Below are positions 63,529-64,000 of a stretch of 64,000 nucleotides of DNA, in pieces; within the stretch, counting starts at the first letter, position 1, and each line of letters opens with the position of its first letter. A program made the position numbers and the translations under genes. Source of the DNA: Eledone cirrhosa (Eukaryota); contig OZ024755.1 of assembly GCA_964016885.1 (NCBI GenBank), positions 18,166,001 through 18,230,000 on the forward strand, read 5' to 3'. The notes beneath the pieces are model-generated. The model made no database searches, was not told the origin of the DNA, and saw nothing but the letters and a program-made list of their open reading frames with translations.

Positions 63529-63665
63529 TCGAAATATAACAAAGGAATATAATAGACAAAATCCATGGTGCTGATAATCAGAGACATGAGGGCGGCCGAC
63601 CATTTCGCAGCTACCAGCCCGGTCAACCGACCTCAAGTCTATTATATTCCTTTGTTATATTTCGA

Positions 63666-63723
63666 ATACCTGATGATGTCACCGGATTTATACTGAACCC
63701 GGTCATTGAAATGATCATAGTAT
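63666..63723 (+). ncRNA. Hammerhead ribozyme motif, family E (right arm)
   Basis: atac-CTGATGA-tgtcaccgg...ccggtcatt-GAAA-TGATCA-TA-gtat; palindromic stem III. Confidence 0.78.
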
Positions 63724-63909
63724 AATAAACTTTTTAAGGAATTACACCAGTCCAGCCTCCTGTTATTTTATAATAATTAACTCCGTACTAGTACCACCAA
63801 CAACACAAACGAAGACGGATGAGTTGCATTACGTCGACTGCTCTCCATAATATTACATCGAGGTTGACCATACGGAATGACCAGTTCTATCTAGTGGTGA
63901 ACCAACAAA

Positions 63910-63962
<53 letters not shown>

Positions 63963-64000
63963 GAGTTAAACAAGATTCAATGAGTACGTCAAAGAATGAG

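Overview
This is AT-rich, repeat-dense animal genomic DNA. The SINE, RTE and microsatellite content suggests an octopod cephalopod (inference). Three host genes are supported: the last three exons of a coiled-coil protein gene (+, 829-9121), an intronless PTB/PID-domain adaptor (+, 19942-20874), and a spliced ankyrin-repeat/SOCS-box (ASB-type) gene (-, ~41200-31833). The rest is two large satellites, microsatellites, two tRNA-derived SINE families, RTE and CRE non-LTR fragments, MITEs, Helentron-like elements and a 200-N gap. The main signal the ORF track misses is about 23 minimal type-I hammerhead ribozyme motifs (stem I-CUGANGA-stem II-GAAA-short stem III-UH-stem I'), found by eye. They fall into at least six sequence families and sit in short non-coding cassettes that are mostly flanked by (TA)n. 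Five cassettes are fold-backs with a ribozyme on each strand. This matches the known hammerheads of Penelope-like element pseudo-LTRs, but no Penelope ORF is present in the window. All motif calls are manual, and repeat boundaries are approximate.
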